Source: an uncultured Nitrososphaerales archaeon
GTDB taxonomy: Archaea; Thermoproteota; Nitrososphaeria; Nitrososphaerales; Gagatemarchaeaceae
Reading direction: 5' to 3'
Assembly: GCA_963706445.1 (NCBI GenBank)
Contig: OY970160.1
Coordinates: 1,088,001 to 1,152,000 of the forward strand
Length of the DNA: 64,000 nucleotides
A model generated the notes under the pieces. It had not been told where the DNA came from and ran no database searches. It saw only the letters and a list, made by a program, of their open reading frames with translations. Positions 10,305-19,471 of this stretch are shown here, in pieces (the first letter of the stretch is position 1; each line of letters begins with the position of its first letter). The translations under genes were made by a program, and so were the position numbers.

Positions 10305-11528
10305 TCACCGATAGGCTTCGAACTGCCTTCCCAGTACGGAATATGCGATCTTGAGCTCCATTATCTCGTCCGTCCCTTCGTAGATTCTTGCGACCCGCGT
10401 GTCAAGGAAGTGCTTGGCCACGGGCGAAAGGAGGGAGTACCCGAACCCTCCAAAGCACTGGATGGCCCTGTCGGCTGATTCGAATGCGTATCTGGAGGAC
10501 ATGTACTTCGCCACTGCCGAAAGTCTGTCAGCTTCGAGCCTTAGTCCGAGGTTCTTCGGGTCCTTTTCGTATTCGTCCTTTTTCAGTGCGGCACGGTAAA
10601 TTAGCCACCTGCAGGCCTCAAGGCTCGATTCGATGTAGGCGACGTGTTTCTGGATGAGCTGGTGCTTCCCTATCTGCTTGCCGTGTTGGACCCTCGCGGT
10701 CACCCTCTCTTTGACCTGATTGAGACAGTCCTCCATGACCCCGACGCACCCCGATCCTATGCCGATCCTCCCGTTCAGGAGCGCGGAGTAGGCCACCGAC
10801 AGTCCCTTTCCCTCTGCCCCAAGGACGTCTTCTTTGGAGACATGGGCATCCTCGAGCGCAAGCATAGAGGTGTCGGACGTGAACAGTCCTATCTTCTCCT
10901 CCAGTCTCATGTCGACGCTGAACCCCCTGTCCTTCGTGTCGAGGATGAAAGCTGTGACCCCGCCCTCGCCCTCCTGCGGACGGGCGAAAGCGATCAGATG
11001 TGACGCGATGGAACCGTTGGAAATCAGATACTTAGAGCCCGTCAGGCGGAATCCGTCGCCGTCCTTGGTGTACGTGGTCTTCAGTGAGGCGGGGTCAGAA
11101 CCTGCTTCGGGCTCCGTGAGTCCATAGGCAAAGACGATGTCCCCCTTCGCAGCCGCCGGAAGGTACCTCGACTTCTGCTCTTCGCTCCCCCAATCCTGGA
11201 CCGCCAGACTCCCGAGGCACTGGTGGACGTCTGAGAAAGTGATGACTCCCATCCCAGTCTGCCCCATCCTCTCCATGAACAGGGCCTCCACAAGCTGCCG
11301 GCCCCCACGGCCACCGTACCGTTCGTGGATGGGGACCCCCATGAGGTTGTGGCGTTTGAGGACCTCCTTGATCTCGGGGTTGTACTTGCGTTCGACGTAT
11401 CTCTCAAACTCAGACACAACGAGCTCGTTAGCCGCGTCGTCGGCATCTTCCAGTATGGCCAGCTCCTTCTTTTCCAGCCCGACGAGATTCGACACCTCGT
11501 CCACAGATGATTGAAAGAGCGCCTCCAA
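10305..11528 (-). CDS. acyl-CoA dehydrogenase
   Basis: YGLTEPEAGSD, GSKYLISNG, QCFGGFGY, IYEGT. Confidence 0.95.
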   Translation of the reverse strand: MEALFQSSVDEVSNLVGLEKKELAILEDADDAANELVVSEFERYVERKYNPEIKEVLKRHNLMGVPIHERYGGRGGRQLVEALFMERMGQTGMGVITFSDVHQCLGSLAVQDWGSEEQKSRYLPAAAKGDIVFAYGLTEPEAGSDPASLKTTYTKDGDGFRLTGSKYLISNGSIASHLIAFARPQEGEGGVTAFILDTKDRGFSVDMRLEEKIGLFTSDTSMLALEDAHVSKEDVLGAEGKGLSVAYSALLNGRIGIGSGCVGVMEDCLNQVKERVTARVQHGKQIGKHQLIQKHVAYIESSLEACRWLIYRAALKKDEYEKDPKNLGLRLEADRLSAVAKYMSSRYAFESADRAIQCFGGFGYSLLSPVAKHFLDTRVARIYEGTDEIMELKIAYSVLGRQFEAYR

Positions 11529-11658
11529 ACCTGACCACCCGAGGTGGGTGGGCCGAGCCTTTAATCCTCTCGCAAAAGCACCCCTTTAGTACAAGAGCTG
11601 TTTTCTTCAACTCGGTGGATGAATTGAGGCGACAAGCTTGAAGACGAAGGTCTCCCCT

Positions 11659-11841
11659 ATGTTCCTGACTTACTTCATGGTGCAGTGGGACGGCGTGAAG
11701 CAAAAGCCTAGCGACCAGAAGTGCACTCTGTGCGGCAAGCCCCTGTCACGGACGGAGTTTTTCACCGATGAGAAGGGGGTCAACTACGAGGGTTACGTCT
11801 GCCACCCTGACAAGCAGGTGACCTGGTTGAGGTCGGCCTAG
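11659..11841 (+). CDS. small putative Zn-binding protein
   Basis: CTLC...CHPD; fills the gap between the acyl-CoA dehydrogenase and MazG-like genes. Confidence 0.6.
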   Translation: MFLTYFMVQWDGVKQKPSDQKCTLCGKPLSRTEFFTDEKGVNYEGYVCHPDKQVTWLRSA

Positions 11842-12164
11842 GGACCCGTTGCCTTCTTCGGCCTGAAACCTTCCCCATATTGGAATGATCGGCCCATGTT
11901 CTTCGACCACTTCTTCTCGAAGACGAGGTCCAGGTCGGCGTTCGGGTCAATCAGCCTCGAAGCGTCTAGGACGTAGAATATCACGTCGATGAGCTCCTCG
12001 ATAGTCTCCTCGGTCGGCTTTCCCTTCTTCCAGGAGTCGCCTGCCTCCCCGAGCTCGATGAAAGCGAAGAGCAGCTTGTTGGCGATCTCGTCAGGAGTAT
12101 TTCCGAATCCCTTCGCCAGAACGAGTTCTTCGACCTTCTTCTTGGACTGTTCTAGAGTCGGCAC
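11838..12164 (-). CDS. MazG-like all-alpha NTP pyrophosphohydrolase
   Basis: ELGE...EELIDV motif. Confidence 0.85.
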   Translation of the reverse strand: MPTLEQSKKKVEELVLAKGFGNTPDEIANKLLFAFIELGEAGDSWKKGKPTEETIEELIDVIFYVLDASRLIDPNADLDLVFEKKWSKNMGRSFQYGEGFRPKKATGP

Positions 12165-12187
12165 GGGCCCGGGCGTCGGTTGAAGTC

Positions 12188-12880
12188 CTAAGAAGCTTTA
12201 CGCTTCGGAGCGACCACCGTTCGATAATACTCGCATGTACCTGTCAGGGTGCAGGAGTCGCAGCGCGGGCCTATGGGTTTGCAGGTGGTCTGTCCGAACC
12301 TCACAAACAGATCGTTCAGTTCGAGCCAATATCGCTTCGGGACCGACTTCACAAGCGCCGCCTCGGTATCCTCGGGTTTCTTTGTCTTGACCAAACCGAG
12401 CCTGTTCGAAATCCTGTGGACGTGGGTGTCCACGGGGATCGCAGGCTTGTTGAAAGCGTACACGAGGACGCAGTTCGCCGTCTTCCGGCCCACCGCCCTC
12501 AGCTTCAGCAGGTCCTCCTCGTTGTCCGGGACCACCCCTCCGAACTGTTCGACGAGCTGGCGGGAGGCTATCATTATGTTCTTGGTCTTCATATTGTAAA
12601 ACCCCGAGGGGCGTATGAGCTTCCTCACAATCGCAGGGCTGGCCGACGCCAGCTCCTCGGGTGTCTTGTATTTTGAAAACAGATTTTCAGTCGCTTTCGT
12701 CGTGTTTTCATCCTTCGTCCTGTGAGAAAGGATTGTCCCGATGAGTATGCGGAAGGGGTCCCCTCCCTCGGCGTCCTGGAGCTGGGCAAGGGCGGTGGCC
12801 CTCTTGTCCGTGGAGTCGTACACCATCTTCCGCATCTCTCCCAGAATCTGAGAGATCCCTAAGCGCCTTCTGCTACCCAA
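12188..12880 (-). CDS. nth: endonuclease III
   Basis: HhH (VGRKTAN), VDTHVHR, C-x6-C-x2-C-x5-C Fe-S motif. Confidence 0.95.
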   Translation of the reverse strand: MGSRRRLGISQILGEMRKMVYDSTDKRATALAQLQDAEGGDPFRILIGTILSHRTKDENTTKATENLFSKYKTPEELASASPAIVRKLIRPSGFYNMKTKNIMIASRQLVEQFGGVVPDNEEDLLKLRAVGRKTANCVLVYAFNKPAIPVDTHVHRISNRLGLVKTKKPEDTEAALVKSVPKRYWLELNDLFVRFGQTTCKPIGPRCDSCTLTGTCEYYRTVVAPKRKAS

Positions 12881-13782
12881 GGTTCCTTCTTGTACCAGTT
12901 CGCGATTTCATCGGAGGTGCTCTTCAGGGTGTATGCGGGGGAGTAACCGAGACCCTTCCAGCTATCCTGATCGCCCATTCGCGGGCAAGCCTTCAGCTGA
13001 TTCGAAGTGTACTTGGACAGAGACGACGAAGAGAACATCCCCTGGCCCTTGATTTCCGCCTCCTTTCCCGTGGAGGCAATGATTGCGCGGGCAAGGTCTC
13101 CCGGGGTCGCGTCGAACGACTTCACCAGGTAGCTGCTTCCGGTAGGTGCTTGGCCCGTGGCTGCCTTGTACATGGCCTGTCCGATGTCTTTTGGATGTGA
13201 AAATGACATCGCGTCACTGGGGGGCAGGACGACCTTTCCGTCTCCTATCATGCGCAGAATTGGGATGACCAAAGACTCGTCCCTCGAGCCCACTGCTTTG
13301 GCTGACCTAATCACCGCAACCCTGGGGGTCGCATTCCTTTTCGAAAACTCAGCCAGAAGCCGCTCTGCTTCTGCCTTTGACCTTTGGTATTCGTCTGACG
13401 GGTTGATTGGCGTCGTTGCGTCGATGACCTTCGCCCCGAACCCGTAGATGTCAATCGTGCTCAGATGGACGAAAGCCTTCACCTTGGACTCTGTCGCGAC
13501 CTCCAAGAGGTTCAGGAGCCCTTCTGTGTTTGATTTCTGGAAGTCTGAATCAGAGTCAGGCATCGGGGACGCCATGTTGTAGACGACCTCTATGTCCTCC
13601 ATCGCTTCATGGAGTGAATGATGGTCAAGCAGGTCCGCTTCCAGACCCTGGACGCCGTTGGCATCCATTATCTTGAGGTGTGAGCCCTTCCGGAACACTC
13701 CCTTCGAAATCTCCCCCTGCTGGAAGAGGTACTCTACGACATGCCCGCCTACAAAGCCGGTGGCGCCTACCAGGAGGTTCAA
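12859..13782 (-). CDS. NAD-dependent epimerase/dehydratase
   Basis: GATGFVG and YQRSK. Confidence 0.85.
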   Translation of the reverse strand: MNLLVGATGFVGGHVVEYLFQQGEISKGVFRKGSHLKIMDANGVQGLEADLLDHHSLHEAMEDIEVVYNMASPMPDSDSDFQKSNTEGLLNLLEVATESKVKAFVHLSTIDIYGFGAKVIDATTPINPSDEYQRSKAEAERLLAEFSKRNATPRVAVIRSAKAVGSRDESLVIPILRMIGDGKVVLPPSDAMSFSHPKDIGQAMYKAATGQAPTGSSYLVKSFDATPGDLARAIIASTGKEAEIKGQGMFSSSSLSKYTSNQLKACPRMGDQDSWKGLGYSPAYTLKSTSDEIANWYKKEPWVAEGA

Positions 13783-14096
13783 TGCTGCCCCCCTTCCTCA
13801 CCGAGGTGTAGATGGTGGTGGTGCTCGTCTTTTCCTGGCTTGGCTTCGAAATCACCTCTTACTAGCTTGAGCTGAAGGTCCTCTTCGAACTTCGGGAAAT
13901 CTCCCGTTAGGGTCGTGAGAGTGCCCTTTGCCGCCCGGCTGAACTGCGGGGAGAAATTCTGTCCCCCGAACCTGCCGTAGGCGACCCCGGAGAATCGGAC
14001 TTTCTCCCCCTTGATTTCGATGTAGCCTCGTATCAGGTTCGCAATCTCACCCTCGCTCACATAATCAATGGTGACCTGATATGGTGGCAGGCTCAA
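13779..14096 (-). CDS. hypothetical protein with His-rich C-terminus
   Basis: ORF overlaps the next gene by 4 nt; ends in [15 protein letters not shown]. Confidence 0.7.
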   Translation of the reverse strand: MSLPPYQVTIDYVSEGEIANLIRGYIEIKGEKVRFSGVAYGRFGGQNFSPQFSRAAKGTLTTLTGDFPKFEEDLQLKLVRGDFEAKPGKDEHHHHLHLGEEGGQH

Positions 14097-14153
14097 TGAT
14101 AGTTTGACCCCTTCTTTTCCCGCTTAAAGCCAGTTACTGACCCTGAAGCTCTG

Positions 14154-14582
14154 TCACATCTCAAAGTCAGGCGGACGGTAGCGTGCCTGGACCATCTCCT
14201 TCAGGGAGGTGACCAGCGCGAAGCTCGAGTTGACGATGTCGGTTTGGGTGATTATTCCGACTAGCCTACCTTCGTCCATCACAGGGAGCTTCTTCACTCC
14301 GGCGTCAGCCATGGTCTTGGCCGCCACTTCGAGCCGTTCTTCTGGGGACACTGTGATGAGCTTCTTGCGCCCTACTGTGACCGTGGTCGAGTCTGGGTCC
14401 ATTCCCTTCGCCACGAACCTCGAGATGTCCCCTTCTGTGAGGATTCCAACGGGGTTCGGACCCTTCAAGACGACCAGCGCTCCGATCCTCCACTTGGCCA
14501 TTGCTCTTGCAGCCTCACTGACGGTTGCACCCGCTTCGGTCGTCCTCACTTTTGTCGTCATGACGTCCTTGACGTAGATCAT
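14154..14582 (-). CDS. CBS domain pair protein
   Basis: VKDVMT, VGILTEGDI, LVGIITQTDI. Confidence 0.9.
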   Translation of the reverse strand: MIYVKDVMTTKVRTTEAGATVSEAARAMAKWRIGALVVLKGPNPVGILTEGDISRFVAKGMDPDSTTVTVGRKKLITVSPEERLEVAAKTMADAGVKKLPVMDEGRLVGIITQTDIVNSSFALVTSLKEMVQARYRPPDFEM

Positions 14583-14586
14583 GACG

Positions 14587-15042
14587 TCATCTCGCAATCA
14601 GAACTGCGCATGGTGAGTGGTTCACCAAACCGGACGAGACGCTTCCGAGAATCAACTTCCTGAATCCGGTCATCCCCCTCGTCCCCGCGATTATCAGGTC
14701 TGCCTTCTCAGCGGCAGCGAGCTCGACCAGCGCCTGGACGACGGATGGTGCTTCGATCAGTTCACCCTTGGCTCTGATCCCCTGCTCATTTGCCAGCTGC
14801 ACTCCTCTTGCGAGTACTCCCTTGGCTGATTCCCTCTTCGCCTCCTCGAGCTCGGTGTAGTCAGGGACTGGTATCCCCGAACCTCCGGTGAACCCGATGG
14901 TAGGGGAGGAGAACACGTGCACTAGAATCACATCCGACCCGAACTTCGAAGAGATCGACCCGGCGAGCCTGACTGCATTCTCAGAGTCCTTCGAACCGTC
15001 GAAGGCCACGAGCACCTTGGCGAACTCATTGTTGCTGACCAT
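14587..15042 (-). CDS. universal stress protein (UspA family)
   Basis: VLVAFDGS, DLIIAGTRG, LGSVS...SPCAVL. Confidence 0.95.
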   Translation of the reverse strand: MVSNNEFAKVLVAFDGSKDSENAVRLAGSISSKFGSDVILVHVFSSPTIGFTGGSGIPVPDYTELEEAKRESAKGVLARGVQLANEQGIRAKGELIEAPSVVQALVELAAAEKADLIIAGTRGMTGFRKLILGSVSSGLVNHSPCAVLIAR

Positions 15043-15090
15043 GTTCTCGGTTGCTCGGAGTGCATGTCATTATTTAATGCGGGGGGGCTA

Positions 15091-15106
15091 TTCCCAGGAT
15101 TGAGAA
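15091..15106. promoter_or_regulatory. palindromic site TTCCCA-GGAT-TGAGAA upstream of the usp promoter
   Basis: 13 nt upstream of minus-strand TTAAATA (15077-15071). Confidence 0.65.
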
Positions 15107-15243
15107 ACGGCGGCACGATACCGCTTGGTGTGTGGATTGCTCACTGTTTGGGGCAAACTCTGACCTAAGCAATGAGGGAGACTCGCATCGTGGGATTCGT
15201 CGAATGAAACGATTCTCTTCCTCCAGCGGTTCCCCAAAACTGA

Positions 15244-15259
15244 TTATCAGATACGAAAA
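15244..15259. promoter_or_regulatory. weaker copy of the same motif (TTATCA-GATA-CGAAAA)
   Basis: 13 nt upstream of TTATAT at 15273. Confidence 0.4.
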
Positions 15260-15301
15260 TCGTCTCAGGACGTTATATGCCCGCCAATGTCGGCACGGTC
15301 T

Positions 15302-15862
15302 ATGGAAAACGTAACTGCAACACGAACCACCAATGGCAAGTGGGCCGGGAGATTCATCTGGGCCTCTGTCATTCAGGGACTCATCGCAGTCATAGCCACC
15401 ATCCTCATTATCGAGCCTTGGAGCTTCTTTGGCATCAACTCCTACTTCTCGCCATCAAAGGTCATCGCAGCAAATGGAGCCGGGACCTGGATGTTCACCG
15501 GTTACATCGCGTTCTTGGTCGTAGGCGTAGTCGCGACAGCAGTAACCGCTATCTTCTACTTCTACATTGAAGGCATCCAAGGCAAAGTGTACAAAGGATT
15601 CTCGAACCTGCTAGCTTGGGGCCACCTACTCTTCATGAACGTCGGAGTCGCCGGGGCCATGATCATAATGATGTATCAAGGCTACCTGGCCGGCGTTGCC
15701 GCGACCCCAATTGCAAGCGGCGGCCTGGGATACAACGCAGGGCAGATTCACGTCAATATTCTAAGCTGGACGGTCGACCCAATCGGGGGGCTCATCCTCC
15801 TCGCGTGCGTCGGATCCATACTTGGTGGTCTCGGGTACTTTCTGAGAAGCGCGTCCAAGTAG
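15302..15862 (+). CDS. 4-TM membrane protein resembling the C-terminal helices of heme-copper oxidase subunit I
   Basis: TWMFTGY...VVG.V..A..A.FY.Y.....GK.Y....LAWGHL.FMNVG; ATG 15302 fits TATA spacing (ORF track starts at 15287). Confidence 0.6.
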   Translation: MENVTATRTTNGKWAGRFIWASVIQGLIAVIATILIIEPWSFFGINSYFSPSKVIAANGAGTWMFTGYIAFLVVGVVATAVTAIFYFYIEGIQGKVYKGFSNLLAWGHLLFMNVGVAGAMIIMMYQGYLAGVAATPIASGGLGYNAGQIHVNILSWTVDPIGGLILLACVGSILGGLGYFLRSASK

Positions 15863-15940
15863 GACACGCTTCCTCCCTGTTTTTCAGTATCGGCAGCGCC
15901 TGAATAAACTCAAATACGCTGAGACTCCGCTTTCAACCGT

Positions 15941-16303
15941 TTGGAGATTACCGACCAGTCTAGAGTCCAGGCGCTAGTCCAGGGACTCGCAGATGAATAC
16001 TCGAGGAAGATACTGCTCTCCGCCATACCGAAGGCGAAGTCAGTGGAGGACATGAGCAGGGAGAACGACATCCCGCTCAGCACCTGCTACAGGAGGGTGC
16101 ACGAGCTGCTGGACGGGCAGATACTTGTCGTCGAGAAGATAATCGTGACCCCCGATGGGAAGAAGTACGAGCTCCTCAGGAGCGCATTCAGGTCAGTCAG
16201 CGTGTCATTCGACGGCGGGGTTATGAAGGTCGACGCGACCATCAATGAGGATGTCGCAGAGAAACTCAGAAGGATGTGGCTGTCCATGAGGGAGACGGCG
16301 TGA
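15941..16303 (+). CDS. archaeal winged-helix (ArsR-like) transcriptional regulator
   Basis: LADEYSRKIL, KSVEDMS...IPLSTCYRRVHEL. Confidence 0.85.
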   Translation: MEITDQSRVQALVQGLADEYSRKILLSAIPKAKSVEDMSRENDIPLSTCYRRVHELLDGQILVVEKIIVTPDGKKYELLRSAFRSVSVSFDGGVMKVDATINEDVAEKLRRMWLSMRETA

Positions 16304-16319
16304 TTGCCACCCATGGGAA
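16304..16319. promoter_or_regulatory. motif copy TTGCCA-CCCA-TGGGAA
   Basis: 12 nt upstream of TTTTAA at 16332. Confidence 0.55.
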
Positions 16320-16362
16320 TCGGCTCCAAGGTTTTAAGGGGATGCGGAGGTGAGTTCGCATA

Positions 16363-16641
16363 GTGTTAGATCCAATCTATCTTGACGTAGCGCAAGCGCT
16401 AATCCTCATATTCGGTGGCGTCGTAGTCTTCTACGCACTCCGCTCGTACCGGAGGACGAAGAGCCAATCGATGCTGCTCTTGGCGCTGGGGTTCGCCTGC
16501 GTCGCCATCGGGGCGGTAGTGGCGGGAATCATCTACAACCTGAATACAGCAGACCTCAGCACACCGGTGACCGTGCAGGCGTACAGCCAGGCACTCGGCT
16601 TCCTCATCATCCTGTTTTCGCTGGCCAGAGCCAAGAGCTGA
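16363..16641 (+). CDS. small 3-TM membrane protein
   Basis: Hydrophobic; A.RSYRRT.S.SML.LALGF pattern recalled from proteins paired with archaeal wHTH genes. Confidence 0.75.
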   Translation: MLDPIYLDVAQALILIFGGVVVFYALRSYRRTKSQSMLLLALGFACVAIGAVVAGIIYNLNTADLSTPVTVQAYSQALGFLIILFSLARAKS

Positions 16642-16666
16642 AGATCTCAGGGCCGGGTGAGTCCCA

Positions 16667-16682
16667 GTTCCAATCCTGGGAA
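16667..16682. promoter_or_regulatory. motif copy GTTCCA-ATCC-TGGGAA
   Basis: 13 nt upstream of TTTTAA at 16696. Confidence 0.6.
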
Positions 16683-16730
16683 CTGTGAGGTCGACTTTTA
16701 ACCCGGCCGGGCGGCAGGACACAGATCGCG

Positions 16731-19415
16731 ATGATTGAAAAGTTCGAGGGGGACGTCGTCCTCAAGGACGGGTCCCTGGTCCATGTGAGAAGAGCCGCAG
16801 AGGAAGACAGAGTGCTCCTTGGAGATTTCCTCGACGGCCTTGCGGCGGGAACGATCGCCTCGAGGTTCCCAGGAAAGGCAGCCAGGGGGAGGGAGCTCCT
16901 GCCAGAGATATTTTCGCCCGACTCCAAGCTGAGCCTGATAGCCCTCAGAGACCAAAAGGTGGTGGCAGAGGCCGACTACAGGAAGACTGCGGCGAAGTCG
17001 GCGGTCGCAGGGGTCGCAGTATCAGAGGCATACCAGAGGAAAGGACTGGGCACGATTCTCCTCGCACAGCTGTCACAGGCAGCTGCGGCTGCGGGGATCA
17101 CAGACTTCACCATAATCGTCCCGGCCGACGCGCACTACAAACTGAATTTCGTACAGGAGATGGGATATCCTGTCCACGTCGGCGCCCCCAGGGGGTTCGT
17201 CCAGGTCACGTTTCCCACCTCGATCAAGCCGGAAGGGCTGGAGGCCTTCGAGAAGAGCGAGGCGTACTACGCCTCGACGGCCGTCGGATATTTTCTAAAG
17301 CCTGAGAGCATCGCCGTCATCGGTGCTTCGAGGGAAAAGAACTCCATAGGCGGAGCGCTCTTCGCGAACATCATCGAAGGGGGATTCAAAGGGCCGGTCT
17401 ATCCGGTGAACAGGGAAGCAGGCTACGTGCAGTCGGTGGCCGCCTTCAAGTCAGTGAGCGACTGTCCAGGCCCAGTCGGCCTGGCGTTCGTTGTGGTGCC
17501 CGCAAGGTTCGTCCCGTCGGTGGTCAGGGAGTGCGCCCAGAAGGGGGTCAGGGCGATAGTCGTGATTTCCTCAGGGTTCGCCGAAGTGGGCGGGGATGGC
17601 AAGAAGCTGCAGGAGGAGCTGGTCGGGGTCTGCAGAGAGACGGGCATCCGAATGATAGGCCCCAACTGCATGGGGATAATCAACACGGAGGGCAACGTCA
17701 TGCTCAACGGGCAGTTCTCCCCTGTTAAGCCCACCCAGGGTGACGTTGGGTTCCTTTCGCAGTCCGGGGCGCTCGGCTACGCGATAATCGACCAGATGGG
17801 GCGCCTTGGGCTTGGGATGTCGAGCTTTGTCTCGGTGGGGAACAAGGCGGACATCTCTGGGAACGACTTGATACAGTACTGGGAGAACGACGAGAAGACT
17901 GGGGTAATCCTCCTTCATCTGGAGTCCTTCGGGCACCCGAGGAAGTTCGCCAGGTTGGCGAAGAGGATTGCGAGGAAGAAGCCCATGGTTATCGTGAAGA
18001 GCGGGAGGTCTGCCGCGGGGTTCAGGGGGACCCAATCCCACACGGGCGCCATCGTCGCCTCCTCGGACATCACCGTGGACGCCCTCTTCAGGCAGTCCGG
18101 GGTGTCTCGGACCGACACCCTGGAAGAGATGTTCGACCTGGCGGCGTTCTATTCGACTCAGCCCCTCCCCAGGGGGGACAGGGTCGCGATCATCACGAAC
18201 GCCGGGGGGCCGGGCATCCTCGCTGCGGACGCATGCGAGAGCCTTGGGCTGAAGGTCCCCGTGCTCTCCGAGAAGACAAAGGCCGAACTCAGGAAGTTCC
18301 TCCTCCCCATCGCAGGGACCAGCAATCCGGTCGACATGACCTCCGTGGCATCGGGGGATGACTACTCCAGCGCAATCCGCGTCATCTCCAAGGATCAGAA
18401 CGTTGACGCTCTAATCGTGATATTCATACCTCCAATCGCAGTACGAACAGAAGACGTAGCAAGGGGGATCGTCGGCGCGGTCGGGGACCTGAAGGGGGAG
18501 ATGCCCGTGATCGCGACGTTCATGGCCGCCAAGGGGATATCGGGTCAGCTATCCGGCGGGTCGGTGAAGGTCCCAGCCTACCAATTCCCCGAGTCGGCTG
18601 CCCGGGTCCTCGCCCATGCGACCAACAGGAGGAGATGGCTCGACGCACCAAGGGGGAAGGTGATCGAGTATCCCGAGGCCAGAAGGCTCGAAGCGGCGGC
18701 GCTCGTCTCGAGGGCCCTTGAGGAAGGGAGAGGATGGCTAACTCCGGCGGAGAACCATGAGCTGCTGTCGTGCTACGGCATAAGGGAGGCGAGGAGTGCC
18801 ACCGTGGACACCCCCGAGGCAGCCTCCAATGCGGCTAGGGAGATCGGCGGGAGAGTGGCGCTGAAGGCGGCGGCCCCCGGACTGGTCCACAAATCGGAGG
18901 TTGGAGGGGTAAGGACAGGGCTGGCACCAGGCGAAGTGGAGGCGGCCGCGGTGGAGATGGAACAGAGGCTCGAAGGTCAGGGGATCAAGGACGCTCGGTT
19001 CGTGGTCCAGGAAATGGTCGAGGAAGGCGTTGAGATGTTCGTCGGCATGACGAACGACCCCAGCTTCGGGCCGCTCTTGGCCTGCGGGGCTGGAGGGAAG
19101 CTGGTCGAACTCATCAAGGACGTCTCAGTCAAGCTGACACCGCTGAATGACGTCGATGCTGCGGAGATGGTACGGTCCCTGAAGACATTCCCGGTCCTGG
19201 ACGGGTACAGGGGGGACCCAAAGCGAGACGTCGGTGCGTTGGAAGACACGATTCTCAGGCTGGGAGCCCTCGTCGAGGACATCCCAGAGCTCGCTGAGCT
19301 GGACCTCAACCCGGTGTTTGTCCTGAACAAAGGGAAAGGAGCCGTCGTCGCCGACGCCAGGATAAGGGTCGCCGAGGGGGACCTTCCCCTCCCTCTGGGC
19401 GCCAAGAAAAGATAG
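16731..19415 (+). CDS. N-terminal GNAT fused to ADP-forming acyl-CoA synthetase alpha/beta (Pat/ACD family)
   Basis: GNAT: VVLKDG, YQRKGLGT; ACD: PESIAVIGAS, GPNCMG, SQSGA, SHTGA, ATP-grasp HKSEVGGV, LDLNP. Confidence 0.9.
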   Translation: MIEKFEGDVVLKDGSLVHVRRAAEEDRVLLGDFLDGLAAGTIASRFPGKAARGRELLPEIFSPDSKLSLIALRDQKVVAEADYRKTAAKSAVAGVAVSEAYQRKGLGTILLAQLSQAAAAAGITDFTIIVPADAHYKLNFVQEMGYPVHVGAPRGFVQVTFPTSIKPEGLEAFEKSEAYYASTAVGYFLKPESIAVIGASREKNSIGGALFANIIEGGFKGPVYPVNREAGYVQSVAAFKSVSDCPGPVGLAFVVVPARFVPSVVRECAQKGVRAIVVISSGFAEVGGDGKKLQEELVGVCRETGIRMIGPNCMGIINTEGNVMLNGQFSPVKPTQGDVGFLSQSGALGYAIIDQMGRLGLGMSSFVSVGNKADISGNDLIQYWENDEKTGVILLHLESFGHPRKFARLAKRIARKKPMVIVKSGRSAAGFRGTQSHTGAIVASSDITVDALFRQSGVSRTDTLEEMFDLAAFYSTQPLPRGDRVAIITNAGGPGILAADACESLGLKVPVLSEKTKAELRKFLLPIAGTSNPVDMTSVASGDDYSSAIRVISKDQNVDALIVIFIPPIAVRTEDVARGIVGAVGDLKGEMPVIATFMAAKGISGQLSGGSVKVPAYQFPESAARVLAHATNRRRWLDAPRGKVIEYPEARRLEAAALVSRALEEGRGWLTPAENHELLSCYGIREARSATVDTPEAASNAAREIGGRVALKAAAPGLVHKSEVGGVRTGLAPGEVEAAAVEMEQRLEGQGIKDARFVVQEMVEEGVEMFVGMTNDPSFGPLLACGAGGKLVELIKDVSVKLTPLNDVDAAEMVRSLKTFPVLDGYRGDPKRDVGALEDTILRLGALVEDIPELAELDLNPVFVLNKGKGAVVADARIRVAEGDLPLPLGAKKR

Positions 19416-19421
19416 TATCTG

Positions 19422-19435
19422 CCGAAGCGCTTCGG
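19422..19435 (+). other. perfect palindrome CCGAAGCGCTTCGG between acd and acs
   Basis: 14-nt palindrome; terminator or operator, function unknown. Confidence 0.3.
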
Positions 19436-19471
19436 GAGAACCCGTATATTCGCAACGAATATCTGAAGCCC

